Of a stretch of DNA of 64,000 bases, positions 15,205-28,400 are shown piece by piece. The DNA comes from Phoronis australis (lineage: Eukaryota; Animalia; Phoronida), in assembly GCA_002633005.1 (NCBI GenBank), contig NMRA01000440.1:177748-241747 (forward strand). Direction: 5' to 3'. The position numbers and the translations under genes were made by a program. Under the pieces are notes generated by a model. That model was not told the DNA's origin, searched no databases, and saw only the letters and a list, made by a program, of their open reading frames with translations. How positions within the stretch are numbered: position 1 is the stretch's first letter; each line of letters opens with the position of its first letter.

Positions 15205-15617
15205 AATCATTGCTAGCAACATATCTTGCTGTACGTTTGCCGTTCTGGATATACCCAACTTCCACAACAATGAAAATCAGTATCAGAAATATGTCAACAC
15301 TGCAACATGTTCTCTCCATTTTTATGGACCACACCTTGTTATTACCAATGTTGTAATAACGCGATGAACGCACCCTTACACTGTAACACTGTCACTTAAC
15401 ACATTTAATCGTTGACGTTAACGATAGTTTTATAGCTGGTCCTCCAGGAATCCCAATTAAAAATTAATCTCAGATTTTATCGATAAGTGATTTAGATTAT
15501 TAAACTTGCGTTGCCATGGACACTGGCAACCTAACACAGCACGTCAAACGAAACACCGGAAGTCCATGAAGACAAAGATGGAAAGCAAGTAGACTAACAG
15601 ACTAAAGAAATAATTAA

Positions 15618-16262
15618 GGTTTATGTAGAAACGTAACGTTTTGTCGGCGTATTTAGCCAAACATCTGCAAAACTAGATTTCAACCCAATAAAGGTATATA
15701 TTTTCAACCCAATAAAGGTAAATATTTTCAACCCAATAATGGTATATATTTTCCAAAAGTAGAAAACTTGTAGAAATTGATTTTTGACTTTATACCAAAC
15801 AGCAATAAATTGGATGACGTAACTGAGTCTTTTTTGTGAAATTTAGCAAAAAAAGAAAAGTACGAGCACAGGAAAACAACGGAATCGATAACATGACTAA
15901 ATTTTGTTCCATATAAATGTTCAAGATGAAATCTCAATAATGCTGTTTACGGTTTTCTAAATTATCGCTACGTTTTGGTTTCATGCAACTACTGATTTTT
16001 TTTCATAAAAGTCATTCCTTGAAAGCTTCTCGTGCAAAAATGGAAAATTTTTAAAACAATTCCCAACAGCATTTCTGAGAACAGTGCATAAAGTATGGTG
16101 TCTGAAAGTTACGCATGAATCTAATCAGCCACTTCAGAGAACAGACATAAAGTATGGTGTTTAAAAGGATTGCATTCGTGAATCCTATCAGCCATTTCCG
16201 AGATGTAATGTTCCTGTATGTTAATGCAAAATATGGCCATTTTTTGAGGGTCCTGCATAACC
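15618..16262. mobile_element. TTAA-flanked MITE (Kolobok-like)
   Basis: ttaa|GGTTTATGTAG ... CTGCATAACC|ttaa imperfect TIRs with a TTAA duplication. Confidence 0.5.
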
Positions 16263-17255
16263 TTAAAGGTACACTATCGGGCGAACGTGTGAGTACACTG
16301 TGATGTAAACTTGATTCCAAGTTGTACGGTAAGGTTTCTGAACGCATTGTTTACTTTCTCACATTTTCCCTTCTTTAAGGATCCATTTGCATCGTCTAAC
16401 TAGGTTAATGTAGAACCAGAACTAAATCACATTTAAGCATAACCTATACAAAGTGTAGTTATATTTAGTGATAATTTGCAATTATATAACCTTTGCCTTA
16501 ACGACGTACCTTGGGGGCTCACATAACCCGCATCATGCAGTGTTATTCCCTAGCACGTCACCATACTTACTGGACACGGTTGAGTAACTTGCGGCGGATC
16601 ATTTTCGAAACAACACTCGTTCTTAAAAACATTTGGAAATTTTCAACCTACCTCATACTCACATCGTCACTATATGTTGTGCTTCTACTTAATTTGACCA
16701 AGCAATCACAAAGCTTGCGAGTTCCACTTTGAGAATTTGCTAACTGGCCAATTTCACTATATACAAAAAATGTTAAATAGTTTCCCAACCAGGGAATGAA
16801 CTGCTGCATTATTAAAAAACAGATCATGAAAAGTGCAGACTTGCATGTTCATGAAGAGGAAGTAGAGATGTGGTAAGGCCAAGAAACAGTAGTACCTGAG
16901 TGAAGACAACACAGTGGAGATGGATCGATGTAGTGCAATAGACACTGATCCCCAGAGTCTTAACTGGGATGAGTTAATTAAGAGGGTTATAATTAATATT
17001 TCTACAGAGTACAGACATACCGGCTCCAGCAGCCCAGGCAGCAACTGCCATAGTGTTCATAAAAAGTGATATTCCCTGGCCAGCTCCGTGCCAACATTAA
17101 ATGGAACAATTCCCTCACTAAAGGAAAAACACGGAGGTGATGTTGGATGTGGCTGAACTGTTCAGTCAGCAGACAAAGAGGAAATGAAAGGCAAACAAAC
17201 ACTGTACAAAAACAGCAATTGCCAATTTGAGAATGACATTTCTAACCAAATAATG

Positions 17256-18109
17256 CAGAATTGGTTAAACGCACGACACTTTTCATTGTTCACAGTAAAC
17301 AAGAGTAATATGTGGCGCGACCCTGTTTGCTGCTCATTCAAAACAGGTCAAAAGCAATTAAAAGGGACTCTAATACTTTCAATCATAGCACATCATGCTC
17401 CACGTAGTGAATTGACGTGTTTTCCACAATTTCTTGACGGGTGATTTTACATTCGTGACATAGCAGAAAATGATCTTGGATGGCGCCATTTTGAAGATGC
17501 ACAGATAACCGACGGGAAAGACTGCAAACCGTTTGACCAATGTAACATTATTTGACGTTTGAACGAAGACATTCATTCATAGGCATGCAGTCTTTCCCGT
17601 CGATTATCTATGCATCTTCAAAATGGCGCCATACAAGATCATTTTCTGCAATGTCACGAATGTAAAATCACTCGTCAAGAAATTGTGGAAAACACGTCAA
17701 TTCGCTACGTAGAGCACGATGTGCTATGATTGAAAGTATTAGAGTCCCTTTTAATTGCTTTTGACCTGTTTTGAATGAGCAGCAAACAGGATCACGCCAC
17801 ACGTTACTCTTGTTTGCCTGACTTTCCTGTTACCCCAATTCTTTAGTCATTCTTTGCAGTATTTCACACCCGCCGTGTCTCACTGTGTATGTCATCAGCT
17901 TATGCTCTGTGGTGGTATTACTGCGTCATTTTATCTTCACTTGAGAATGAAACAAGTATGTTTCGAAATATCGTGTGTCTTTTAATTATGTCGCTAGGTC
18001 AGTTACTTTATCTATGTTCAGTTGAGAGTAGAGTTTTGTTCCGCAGGTATGAACGTAATGGAATAAAGACTGTGAGCAATGAAAAGTGTCGTGCGTTTAA
18101 CCAATTCTG
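17256..18109. mobile_element. Foldback/MITE with 41-bp terminal IRs and 230-bp internal inverted arms
   Basis: 17256-17296 is the reverse complement of 18069-18109; 17297-17526 is the reverse complement of 17586-17815 with few mismatches. Confidence 0.8.
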
Positions 18110-19070
18110 TATAACCGAAAACTTGATCCCGAAGTACAGCCAACCAAATAATGAAAAATAAGAAGAAAGTCATGAAAGATGTCCTCAAAACCAGATGCCC
18201 TCAAAACAGTGAAAACAGTTCTATTGCATCAACGGTAAGGTGGGACGGTGGTGGAAACTTAACACCAAAATATTGACCAATCCAGTGATTGTTTTGCAGC
18301 AGGCTCTCCCTCCCTTGTATAATCCAACACTACATGGACAACATTTAACAAGATTTGACGGCAACCTTAACTGAAATCCTCTTACCAGAAGCCTAAGCAG
18401 GCTTCCTTAATTTTCACAGGAAGCAAACTTGTTTACACAACAGAGACTTGAAAGTAGACTTGGGAATCCTCTTCAATACTCAAGTTCACTTGGCACTCAG
18501 TCGCTTGTTGATCAATCCAAAGTTAACGTATTTATAAATATACAAGTGTTGAAGTCAATATTTGTGCCAGACATCCATGAGCCACTCTCTCACTCAACAC
18601 TACTTAACCTTTCTTTCAACCACATTTAAGCACAAAGTTAATTTCCAAAACAAACTTAGACAACTGGTGGAAAACTGTTGCACTAAAATAAAGAAATGAA
18701 CTACTGGTCATATTGGGCCCACACAAACTTCAATTAAATGGATGAAACTCAACTCAGTTTTACTACTGTATGTAGAAACTGTTGGACAACTTGTAATCCT
18801 ATTCACCATTTGCATACATACAACCATTCCTAAAAAATCTTCACATGAAAATAATGGCAAAGTCCAGTTTGATAACATGCTAAATATCTAATTTCTTTGA
18901 CATGGAATAATTGTGAAATTTGTCATTAGTTCATTTTCAAATAACAGCTATCTTGCACCTATCACACGCTTTCTTCAATGACAGTTGCTTGGTATAAACA
19001 ATATTTTGGATAAAGTAAAATACTCCAACGCTTTTGTGTAACCCTTTAAAAAATCCAAATTTGACAAACA

Positions 19071-19243
19071 TTGTATCTTACAAATGGCTCATCACTCGTT
19101 ATCAATATCAACTTTGTACCTTACAAATGGCTCATCACTCGTTATCAATATCAACTTTGTACCTTACAAATGGCTCATCACTCGTTATCAATATCAACTT
19201 TGTACCTTACAAATGGCTCATCACTCGTTATCAATATCAACTT
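19071..19243. repeat. 43-bp tandem repeat, 4 copies
   Basis: Unit TTGTACCTTACAAATGGCTCATCACTCGTTATCAATATCAACT. Confidence 0.93.
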
Positions 19244-20263
19244 CGGGATTCTGAACTCAATGCATTGTTTTCCAAAAAACCTTTTAGAAATCATTTTGAA
19301 ATGTGTCGTGAATTTACCATAATCAGCACATGGGCCACCCTCCCAACTTGTTTCTTTTGGTCACTGTAGCTTTGGCATATTTTTACACCAACACAGGGAT
19401 ATGAGGCAGAATGCTTACTCCAAGTTACCAGGCAAACACAGGCAGTATAACATAGCGTGGTTTATGAGCCTTCATGCACACGCATAAACCTAGGGAATTA
19501 TAGGCGCATTGATTTTTAATAAATCAAATGCGAGATTATCTCCACAAGAAATTACAAACACGTCCGTGACAGATGGACGAAGCTTAGAAATGAAAGTATT
19601 TTGCACACTATGAGATATGTTGCAGCTGACTCAGTAGCTTATTAAGATCACTTCCTAAATAAAAGACTTGTGTCATCCAAAATTAGAGGATTTCCATGTT
19701 GCTGTAACAACAACGCTGACTCTGAATTATTCAGAGTCCATACACTGCCTGAGGTGAACTTCATGAGATATCACACAAGGTCAGCCTAGTTTTGTTGTAC
19801 TGTATAGGTACTTGACTAGAAATTCTCAACCTATGAGTCACCAGCATCTAAATACCAGTAACAGAATGAAACCTGACATGCTGGTCAAAACAGATGAAAG
19901 CCATTGAACCAGGCTAAAGCAGTGTGTACCCAAAGCATGTTATGTGTGGCCAGAAATAGGATCCAGGACCAATACCATCTTGAAAACAGCAACTAGTTTG
20001 CCACTTTCAGTGAATACAAATCCAAGCAACATACAAAAGACAACAAAACCTGCCAGTCTCCATTTGTTCAACAATATAACAGGTGGTGTATAAAATCTTG
20101 AATTGCACAGTTTTTGAGTAGAAGCAACTCACACTAAGAATGAAGGAAGTCAAGATCTGTGTTTGCCCAGTAACATGAGTTTCTGTATAGCAATGGCCTA
20201 TCGGATTTAGTTCGACAGAGACGACAAGACAAAGGCTTGTGTAAATTTACTCATTCCAACTAA

Positions 20264-23125
20264 GGGCTGTTCCAGCAAAAAATGTATGGGAGGGGGGAAG
20301 GCACTTTCATCTTTTACCGACAGCTTATATTTTTCTTTTATTTCTTCAACCCATGACCCATAATTTTTAATTAAGTTGAAATATAAAATGCAACACTAGT
20401 TGCCTCTAGGATGACCTGTTAAATGCTTAGATGATCCAAGGACAACAACTAGCTGTCATGTTGAATGTCATCAAGAACTAGCTGTCATGTTGAATGTCAT
20501 CAAGAACTAGCTGTCATGTTGAATGTCATCAAGAACTAGCTGTCATGTTGAATGTCATCAAGAACTAGCTGTCATGTTGAATGTCATCAAGAACTAGCTG
20601 TCATGTTGAATGTCATCAAGAACTAGCTGTCATGTTGAATGTCATCAAGAACTAGCTGTCATGTTGAATGTCATCAAGAACTAGCTGTCATGTTGAATGT
20701 CATCAAGAACTAGCTGTCATGTTGAATGTCATCAAGAACTAGCTGTCATGTTGAATGTCATCAAGAACTAGCTGTCATGTTGAATGTCATCAAGAACTAG
20801 CTGTCATGTTGAATGTCATCAAGAACTAGCTGTCATGTTGAATGTCATCAAGAACTAGCTGTCATGTTGAATGTCATCAAGAACTAGCTGTCATGTTGAA
20901 TGTCATCAAGAACTAGCTGTCATGTTGAATGTCATCAAGAACTAGCTGTCATGTTGAATGTCATCAAGAACTAGCTGTCATGTTGAATGTCATCAAGAAC
21001 TAGCTGTCATGTTGAATGTCATCAAGAACTAGCTGTCATGTTGAATGTCATCAAGAACTAGCTGTCATGTTGAATGTCATCAAGAACTAGCTGTCATGTT
21101 GAATGTCATCAAGAACTAGCTGTCATGTTGAATGTCATCAAGAACTAGCTGTCATGTTGAATGTCATCAAGAACTAGCTGTCATGTTGAATGTCATCAAG
21201 AACTAGCTGTCATGTTGAATGTCATCAAGAACTAGCTGTCATGTTGAATGTCATCAAGAACTAGCTGTCATGTTGAATGTCATCAAGAACTAGCTGTCAT
21301 GTTGAATGTCATCAAGAACTAGCTGTCATGTTGAATGTCATCAAGAACTAGCTGTCATGTTGAATGTCATCAAGAACTAGCTGTCATGTTGAATGTCATC
21401 AAGAACTAGCTGTCATGTTGAATGTCATCAAGAACTAGCTGTCATGTTGAATGTCATCAAGAACTAGCTGTCATGTTGAATGTCATCAAGAACTAGCTGT
21501 CATGTTGAATGTCATCAAGAACTAGCTGTCATGTTGAATGTCATCAAGAACTAGCTGTCATGTTGAATGTCATCAAGAACTAGCTGTCATGTTGAATGTC
21601 ATCAAGAACTAGCTGTCATGTTGAATGTCATCAAGAACTAGCTGTCATGTTGAATGTCATCAAGAACTAGCTGTCATGTTGAATGTCATCAAGAACTAGC
21701 TGTCATGTTGAATGTCATCAAGAACTAGCTGTCATGTTGAATGTCATCAAGAACTAGCTGTCATGTTGAATGTCATCAAGAACTAGCTGTCATGTTGAAT
21801 GTCATCAAGAACTAGCTGTCATGTTGAATGTCATCAAGAACTAGCTGTCATGTTGAATGTCATCAAGAACTAGCTGTCATGTTGAATGTCATCAAGAACT
21901 AGCTGTCATGTTGAATGTCATCAAGAACTAGCTGTCATGTTGAATGTCATCAAGAACTAGCTGTCATGTTGAATGTCATCAAGAACTAGCTGTCATGTTG
22001 AATGTCATCAAGAACTAGCTGTCATGTTGAATGTCATCAAGAACTAGCTGTCATGTTGAATGTCATCAAGAACTAGCTGTCATGTTGAATGTCATCAAGA
22101 ACTAGCTGTCATGTTGAATGTCATCAAGAACTAGCTGTCATGTTGAATGTCATCAAGAACTAGCTGTCATGTTGAATGTCATCAAGAACTAGCTGTCATG
22201 TTGAATGTCATCAAGAACTAGCTGTCATGTTGAATGTCATCAAGAACTAGCTGTCATGTTGAATGTTGTCAAGAACTAGCTGTCATGTTGGATGTTATCA
22301 AGAACTAGCTGTCATGTTGGATGTTATCAAGAACTAGCTGTCATGTTGGATGTTATCAAGAACTAGCTGTCATGTTGGATGTTATCAAGAACTAGCTGTC
22401 ATGTTGGATGTTATCAAGAACTAGCTGTCATGTTGGATGTTATCAAGAACTAGCTGTCATGTTGGATGTTATCAAGAACTAGCTGTCATGTTGGATGTTA
22501 TCAAGAACTAGCTGTCATGTTGGATGTTATCAAGAACTAGCTGTCATGTTGGATGTTATCAAGAACTAGCTGTCATGTTGGATGTTATCAAGAACTAGCT
22601 GTCATGTTGGATGTTATCAAGAACTAGCTGTCATGTTGGATGTTATCAAGAACTAGCTGTCATGTTGGATGTTATCAAGAACTAGCTGTCATGTTGGATG
22701 TTATCAAGAACTAGCTGTCATGTTGGATGTTATCAAGAACTAGCTGTCATGTTGGATGTTATCAAGAACTAGCTGTCATATTGAATGTTGTCAAGAACTA
22801 AAGCGGCCATAAGGGTGGTCAAACAAAAAAGAAAATTGACTTCTGTCAGTGCATCCATCCCTGCCGTATATCTTTGTGCCAAATTTTGTCCAGTTGTGCC
22901 AAGCGCTTTTTGAGATAATCAACTTGTCTTGCCAAAAACTAAAATGGCCTACAGGGGGTGCTACAGTATTGAGGTCAGTGTTTGGCAAAAAATACCCACC
23001 TTTAATAATATACTTCTTTCATGAGGGACCATCCGTAATTTGAATTTTCTTCAAAAGACAACCACCCATAAACTTTTATATCAACTGCTATCCCCCCTCC
23101 CATACGGATTTTCCTGGAACAGTCC
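20264..23125. mobile_element. PIF/Harbinger-like MITE carrying an expanded minisatellite
   Basis: ~35-bp TIRs GGGCTGTTCCAG...GTATGGGAGGGGGG / CCCCCCTCCCATAC...CTGGAACAGTCC; TAA target duplication. Confidence 0.75.
20447..22800. repeat. 29-bp minisatellite, ~81 copies (AACTAGCTGTCATGTTGAATGTCATCAAG)
   Basis: Near-perfect direct tandem array in two homogeneous variant blocks. Confidence 0.98.
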
Positions 23126-24946
23126 TAACTTTACATAAACATGGTCAACACTAGTGTAGGCACATAACAAAGGAAATCAGCATTAGTAACACACCCCCAG
23201 GGGGGATTGGAATTCTACAAATGATACTGCTCAACAAAACAATCAACAAGGTGAATTCTCCATTTCCAGATACAACAACTGCTGTAAGACGCTGCATAAT
23301 GGATATCAAACAAGTCCACAACTGATTGAATTATCAGCCAACACATCACACTTAGGTTTATCATATCTACTTAGCAAAAGGAACAAAAATGAATGATAAA
23401 AAACAACAGATATTGATTCCTTCTTTAGTTTATCGATTAGAATATTCAAAAATACATTAAAGCCAGGCTGTACATTATCAATTAAAGTTCACGATAGAGA
23501 ATGGCTCAAGTCAAAACCACTTTAATTGTCTAAATGACAACGAGCGACTACGTAAACTTTCAAAGTCAAACATAGTTTTAGTTTTGTTTTCTTAATAGAA
23601 TAAAGACATCTTCCAATAACTACAAAGATAAAAATGTTTCGAGCAGCTTGCACTAATTTCATAAGTTGTCACCAACCACGACTTTGAAGAGGTGTCATCT
23701 GCTTCACTTTCAACTCCCACACATAGTACTGACAGTCAGTGTTCAGTGGCAGCCTCGTGTCAATAGCGGAGAATAACAGAGAGGCAAAGAACTATTAATA
23801 CATCAAAAATGTCAGTCTCTACAACCAATCCATTATTGTGTCATTAGCAAAGCATTTGAATATTGCAAAGCATACGCTTCTCTGCAATTCTAGCACTTGG
23901 AACTATGAGGCATGAGCCATCATTCAACCTACGTCGTTGTATGAAAGTAGGTATACTTATGTACAACACACAGCTCTCCATGTTTTGTCAACCCACATAC
24001 GAATATGAGAAAGCTTACTCAAATTACAACGCATAAAGGCATAAAGGCAGAATGAGTGAAATATATTATTCAACCTACATCAATGACAAAAATAAAGAGT
24101 GCTCTCAGGAGCAACACTTGGTGAAATCGAAAAAAAATTAAGTGAGAAGTTGATAACACAACCAAGAACATAACAACCATGATGGCGATGCCTATGACAC
24201 CCACGTACAGTACATGACAAGCCATTAGAAGTTCACTGATGAACAAATCAAAACAAAAAAAGACGATCATCAAATGAGAAAACTTAGAATAACTTACAAA
24301 GGGTGAGTCATAGCATGGTGTAGATAGCCTGTGAGTTAGGTCTATTTACATACCAAATATGATAAGGCTTGGTCAAAGGATCGCGGAGCTAGAGCTCCCA
24401 AAACATAATTCAAAAAAAACATCCATCACAGCACCATCTTACAAAGATTTCATGTCAAGTCAAACTTGGAGAAATTTCTTTTCACCAGGTAATAACATTT
24501 AATTCTGTTATGGGCACAGTTTGTATAGTTCAGGGATTATCTACCACCACAAGCTGAAATTTGGAGCGTATTTAGCACCGTTGCGCCTTTTGGAAAATAA
24601 AATCGTAAAGTTATTTCTGTTGTTAATTTTACCCTAAACATCGCCTATCGGATACTGTCTTCTAAATAACACTAGTGGATATCTGAAGGTAGAGCCAACA
24701 GACAGAGACAGTGATCGTTTGTGTGCTCAAGGCCCAGAGAGGGATGCAATCTGCACACATAATGAGACAGTGAAGTAGTTTAAGGAACAGAACAGAGTCA
24801 CGCATGCTAACATTGTGACCACACGTGGGACTTCAATGGAAATTAATGCATGTCATTACTACAGCCCACACTTCCAAACGGATTCACGACATCAGTATGG
24901 ATTTTTTTGCACCTACTCGTTCAGGTTTATTAAGTTGCTTAAGGAG

Positions 24947-25270
24947 CAGGTGAACACTTGTCGCCAAGCTCTCTGACCTAACCTGCAGCTAATTTACACT
25001 GGAGTACCTACAGGTGAACATTTATCGCCAAGCTCTCTGACCTAACCTGCAGCTAATTTACACTGGAGTACCTACAGGTGAACATTTATCGCCAAGCTCT
25101 CTGACCTAACCTGGAGCTTATTTACACCAGAGAACTTACAGGTGAACACTTGTCGCCAAGCTCTCTGACCTAAACTGCAGCTTATTTACACCAGAGAACT
25201 TACAGGTGAACACTTGTCGCCAAGCTCTCTGACCTAAACTGCAGCTTATTTACACCAGAGTACCTAAATG
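24947..25270. repeat. 64-bp tandem repeat, 5 copies
   Basis: Unit CAGGTGAACA...GCCAAGCTCTCTGACCTAA... Confidence 0.92.
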
Positions 25271-25353
25271 AACACACTCCACACCCACGCACAGGAGCAC
25301 ACACCTACCAACCATACACTCCCTCCACCTTGTGTAAAAAGAAGTGAACTCAC

Positions 25354-25471
25354 ATGCGGTCCAACTCAGAGACATTGGATCTGTGGGTGTTAACACGGCT
25401 GATGTTGACGGGTATTGAGCAGACCAGGGTGGAGGCAGCGCGGTTATCACGGATGGAGAGATGTACTAGCA
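25354..25471 (-). CDS. REJ C-terminal exon: VLVHLSIRDNRAASTLVCSIPVNISRVNTHRSNVSELDR
   Basis: gcttacAG / GTGAGT; 118 nt, phase 1 to 2; VxVxxxIxD..A strand typical of the REJ end. Confidence 0.85.
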
Positions 25472-28400
25472 CTGTAAGCAAGATTAAACCTGACCAATCA
25501 TCCCTGGTGTGGTAAACGCATCAAAAGTTTGTCAACTGGTCCATTGTAAGCGTCATAGCAGATAACGTGACAAATCTAATCTTAAATAATTCATTGTTGT
25601 TCAATGCTTTTAATGCCCCCTGTGTACTGAATGTGATAACACAATATCTACTACAATCATCAACACAATATCTACTACAATCATCAACACAATATCTACT
25701 ACAATCATCAACACAATATCTACTATAATCATCAACACAATATCTACTATAATCATCAACACAATATCTACTATAATCATCAACACAATATCTACTACAA
25801 TCATCAACATGTCACTAATCTGTATCTGTTACAAACAAAAAACCAATAATCAACATTCTGTGCAATATAAAGTTCACTTCTACAAACATAGAGTTACAAA
25901 AACCTTTTTCGACACTCAGCACGAAACTAATTGCCTCCCTTCAAGTTAAGTTTTTGTTTCACAGAAACAAAGCGCCACCTATTGTTGGCCCTTCCGACTC
26001 CTATAGGAACAATAAATCCTTGGCTCACGGTTAGTTTGAATTATTTCTGAATTCATGAATGGCACTCGATTTCTATAGTGAGAAACGTTTAATCAAACCA
26101 AATTACTTAAACATCTAGACACAAGACAAACACGTCACTCAGCCAATCTGTGCTAGTCAAGCCACAATTCAGGGAAGTTGTGTCCCTAGTGTCATGTGTC
26201 ATTAGCCAATGTCACCCCTACCACGATGACCACAACAGAGTATTTGTACCAACCTACCTTGACTAATGGCGGCGGGGCTGGCAGCAGGCAGGGAGAATTG
26301 TACCTCATTCTGTTCCCCCCTGTAGATCAGGTTATTCGGCAGGTGATCCCCTGTACTGTAACTCACCTCGTAGGTCAACGGCAGATTCTACAACACATAC
26401 AGTAAGAACAAACTGACGCATTTTGCCCAAATTATTTCGAGTTCCCTGAAGTTATGGTGAATAATGAGAAAGAAATAAGACGAAAAATAAGAGTAAGAAT
26501 TATTTTGAAAGTCAGCCGGAAATTTTATGCATCCAAAGTTCGTTAATTATCGAAGACAGGGTTTTTTTTACATTTTTTGAAAACAACTGTGTAGCAGAGC
26601 CAGTCGAATGATTGGTTGCCAAGCAACCAGTCTGTCATAACCAGTTCTTCATGTAGTTTAACCCAGCACCCACAAGTGAACCTGCACCAATAATCTGGTA
26701 TTTGATTCGTTTATAATACTTCTCCTTCAATACCTAGTGTTAACGCCCAAAAAAAACGAGAAGAACACCAAATTCAGGACATGAACAATAGCGAGTTATA
26801 CCTGCCAGAGACTGACAGTGAAACATAGGGACATGTGCCAAACATGAAATAATTGAATAAAAAATCGATAAAACAAATTTCTTTCCAAAATAGGCACATG
26901 GGCCTAGATACATGCACACATGGGCCTAGATACATGCAAATATTGTAGAATGTGATGCTGAGGTTTTTTACTACTTATCCTATATGCGTGATAGTATGAC
27001 CATGAGGTACGGGTCGTATTGTGAGGTTTGATATGGAAGACCTACTTTTCCATATTCATTACGCGTTGAATATGGATTTTCCGTATTCAACGCGCGTTGA
27101 ATACGGATGCCTTCTTTCTCGCCAAAATTCCTGCTGAGAACACAATACACTACAGTTGGTAGAAACATGATTATATATATAACATCACTTTGGGTTCAGC
27201 TCCGTGCGCAATATTTTCACATGCCAATACTATGATATGAGTTCTGAAAATTAAACAAAAAAGTGAAATGAAAATGTCGTTGACAATGTTTCTTAATATA
27301 TCGTAAAATTTTGCACCTGAGTAGAACACTTAAATCACAAAAAGTCTCGAACTTGTCACAATATATTTTGGATTAGGAGAGCAATATACTTTACAAATCA
27401 GGGCTTGGAATGACCAATGACAAAAAACGCGGAAACTTTTACGGCCCAAATCATGCGCGCTACCCAGCCTTGAAATGGTCGATGTGAATCTTTCCCCGAC
27501 AAAAATCGGGAGGACTAAAAAAAAGTTACCACCAACAGTAGCATGCGTCTGCGTCCTTTTAGCTCGTCCGTCCACTCCCAACCCACACATTTTTGGCTGC
27601 AGAGCCATAGTATTTGTCGCCGCGGTTTACAATAACACGAGACACCATTGAAAATCCCACCTTGCTATCCCAGATGCCCCGGCAATGTTGACAATTTACG
27701 TTCCTCCGAAACATAAAGCGCAACTTCCGCTTTTCGAGGTGAACGTCGTCTGCAACGCCGCGGTAAGAAAGGAATTTGCCGCGGAAATTTTATATCTAAT
27801 CCGATTTTTTTTACGCGGAAATATAATAAAATGCACGGATAGAACATTTGAAAAAAGCGGAAATCAGCATTTCCGCGGAAAATTCCAAGCCCTGACAAAT
27901 GCATACCTTCTTTTAGTCACCTGTTGCACTACACCAGTTGAGGTTCTTTACGGTCAAATATGAGTCAATTTTTAAATTCGTTCTCAAAAAAATCAAAATA
28001 CGTTGAGTCCAACCGCAAAACTGCAACTTCTGTAAACACTGTATTTCTGTCAATTTTACGATTAATTTCGGAATACTTTCTACCTAAAATGATAAGAACA
28101 GCGCGCAAGGAGCATTTTAAGAAGTGTCTGAACGTGCATCAGCCACAACGTCTGGGTGTCCTGCACAGATATTACTCAACAAAGTCAAGAAAAATTGCCA
28201 GAAATGTAAGAAAACTTCAAGTTAGAAATAGATTTAGCTCAAACTGTAATGAAAATACTGAAAATAGTAGATATGCATCCCAAGCCTGTAGCTAAATTAC
28301 AACTTGACTGCCGTGTCGTGCAGGCTGCAAAAAATTCATTCATAAAAAATTTACGTGCAAGTATACATGTCACGCGATCTGCGTCCATCATCAATAAAAA

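Noticed and set aside
17021-17150. Candidate minus-strand exon with a GTATGT donor
   Set aside because: The phase-2 reading frames contain stops and the remaining frame has no homology.
20447-22800. CRISPR-like 29-bp repeats
   Set aside because: The units are contiguous with no unique spacers and no cas genes, in a eukaryotic intron context; this is a minisatellite.
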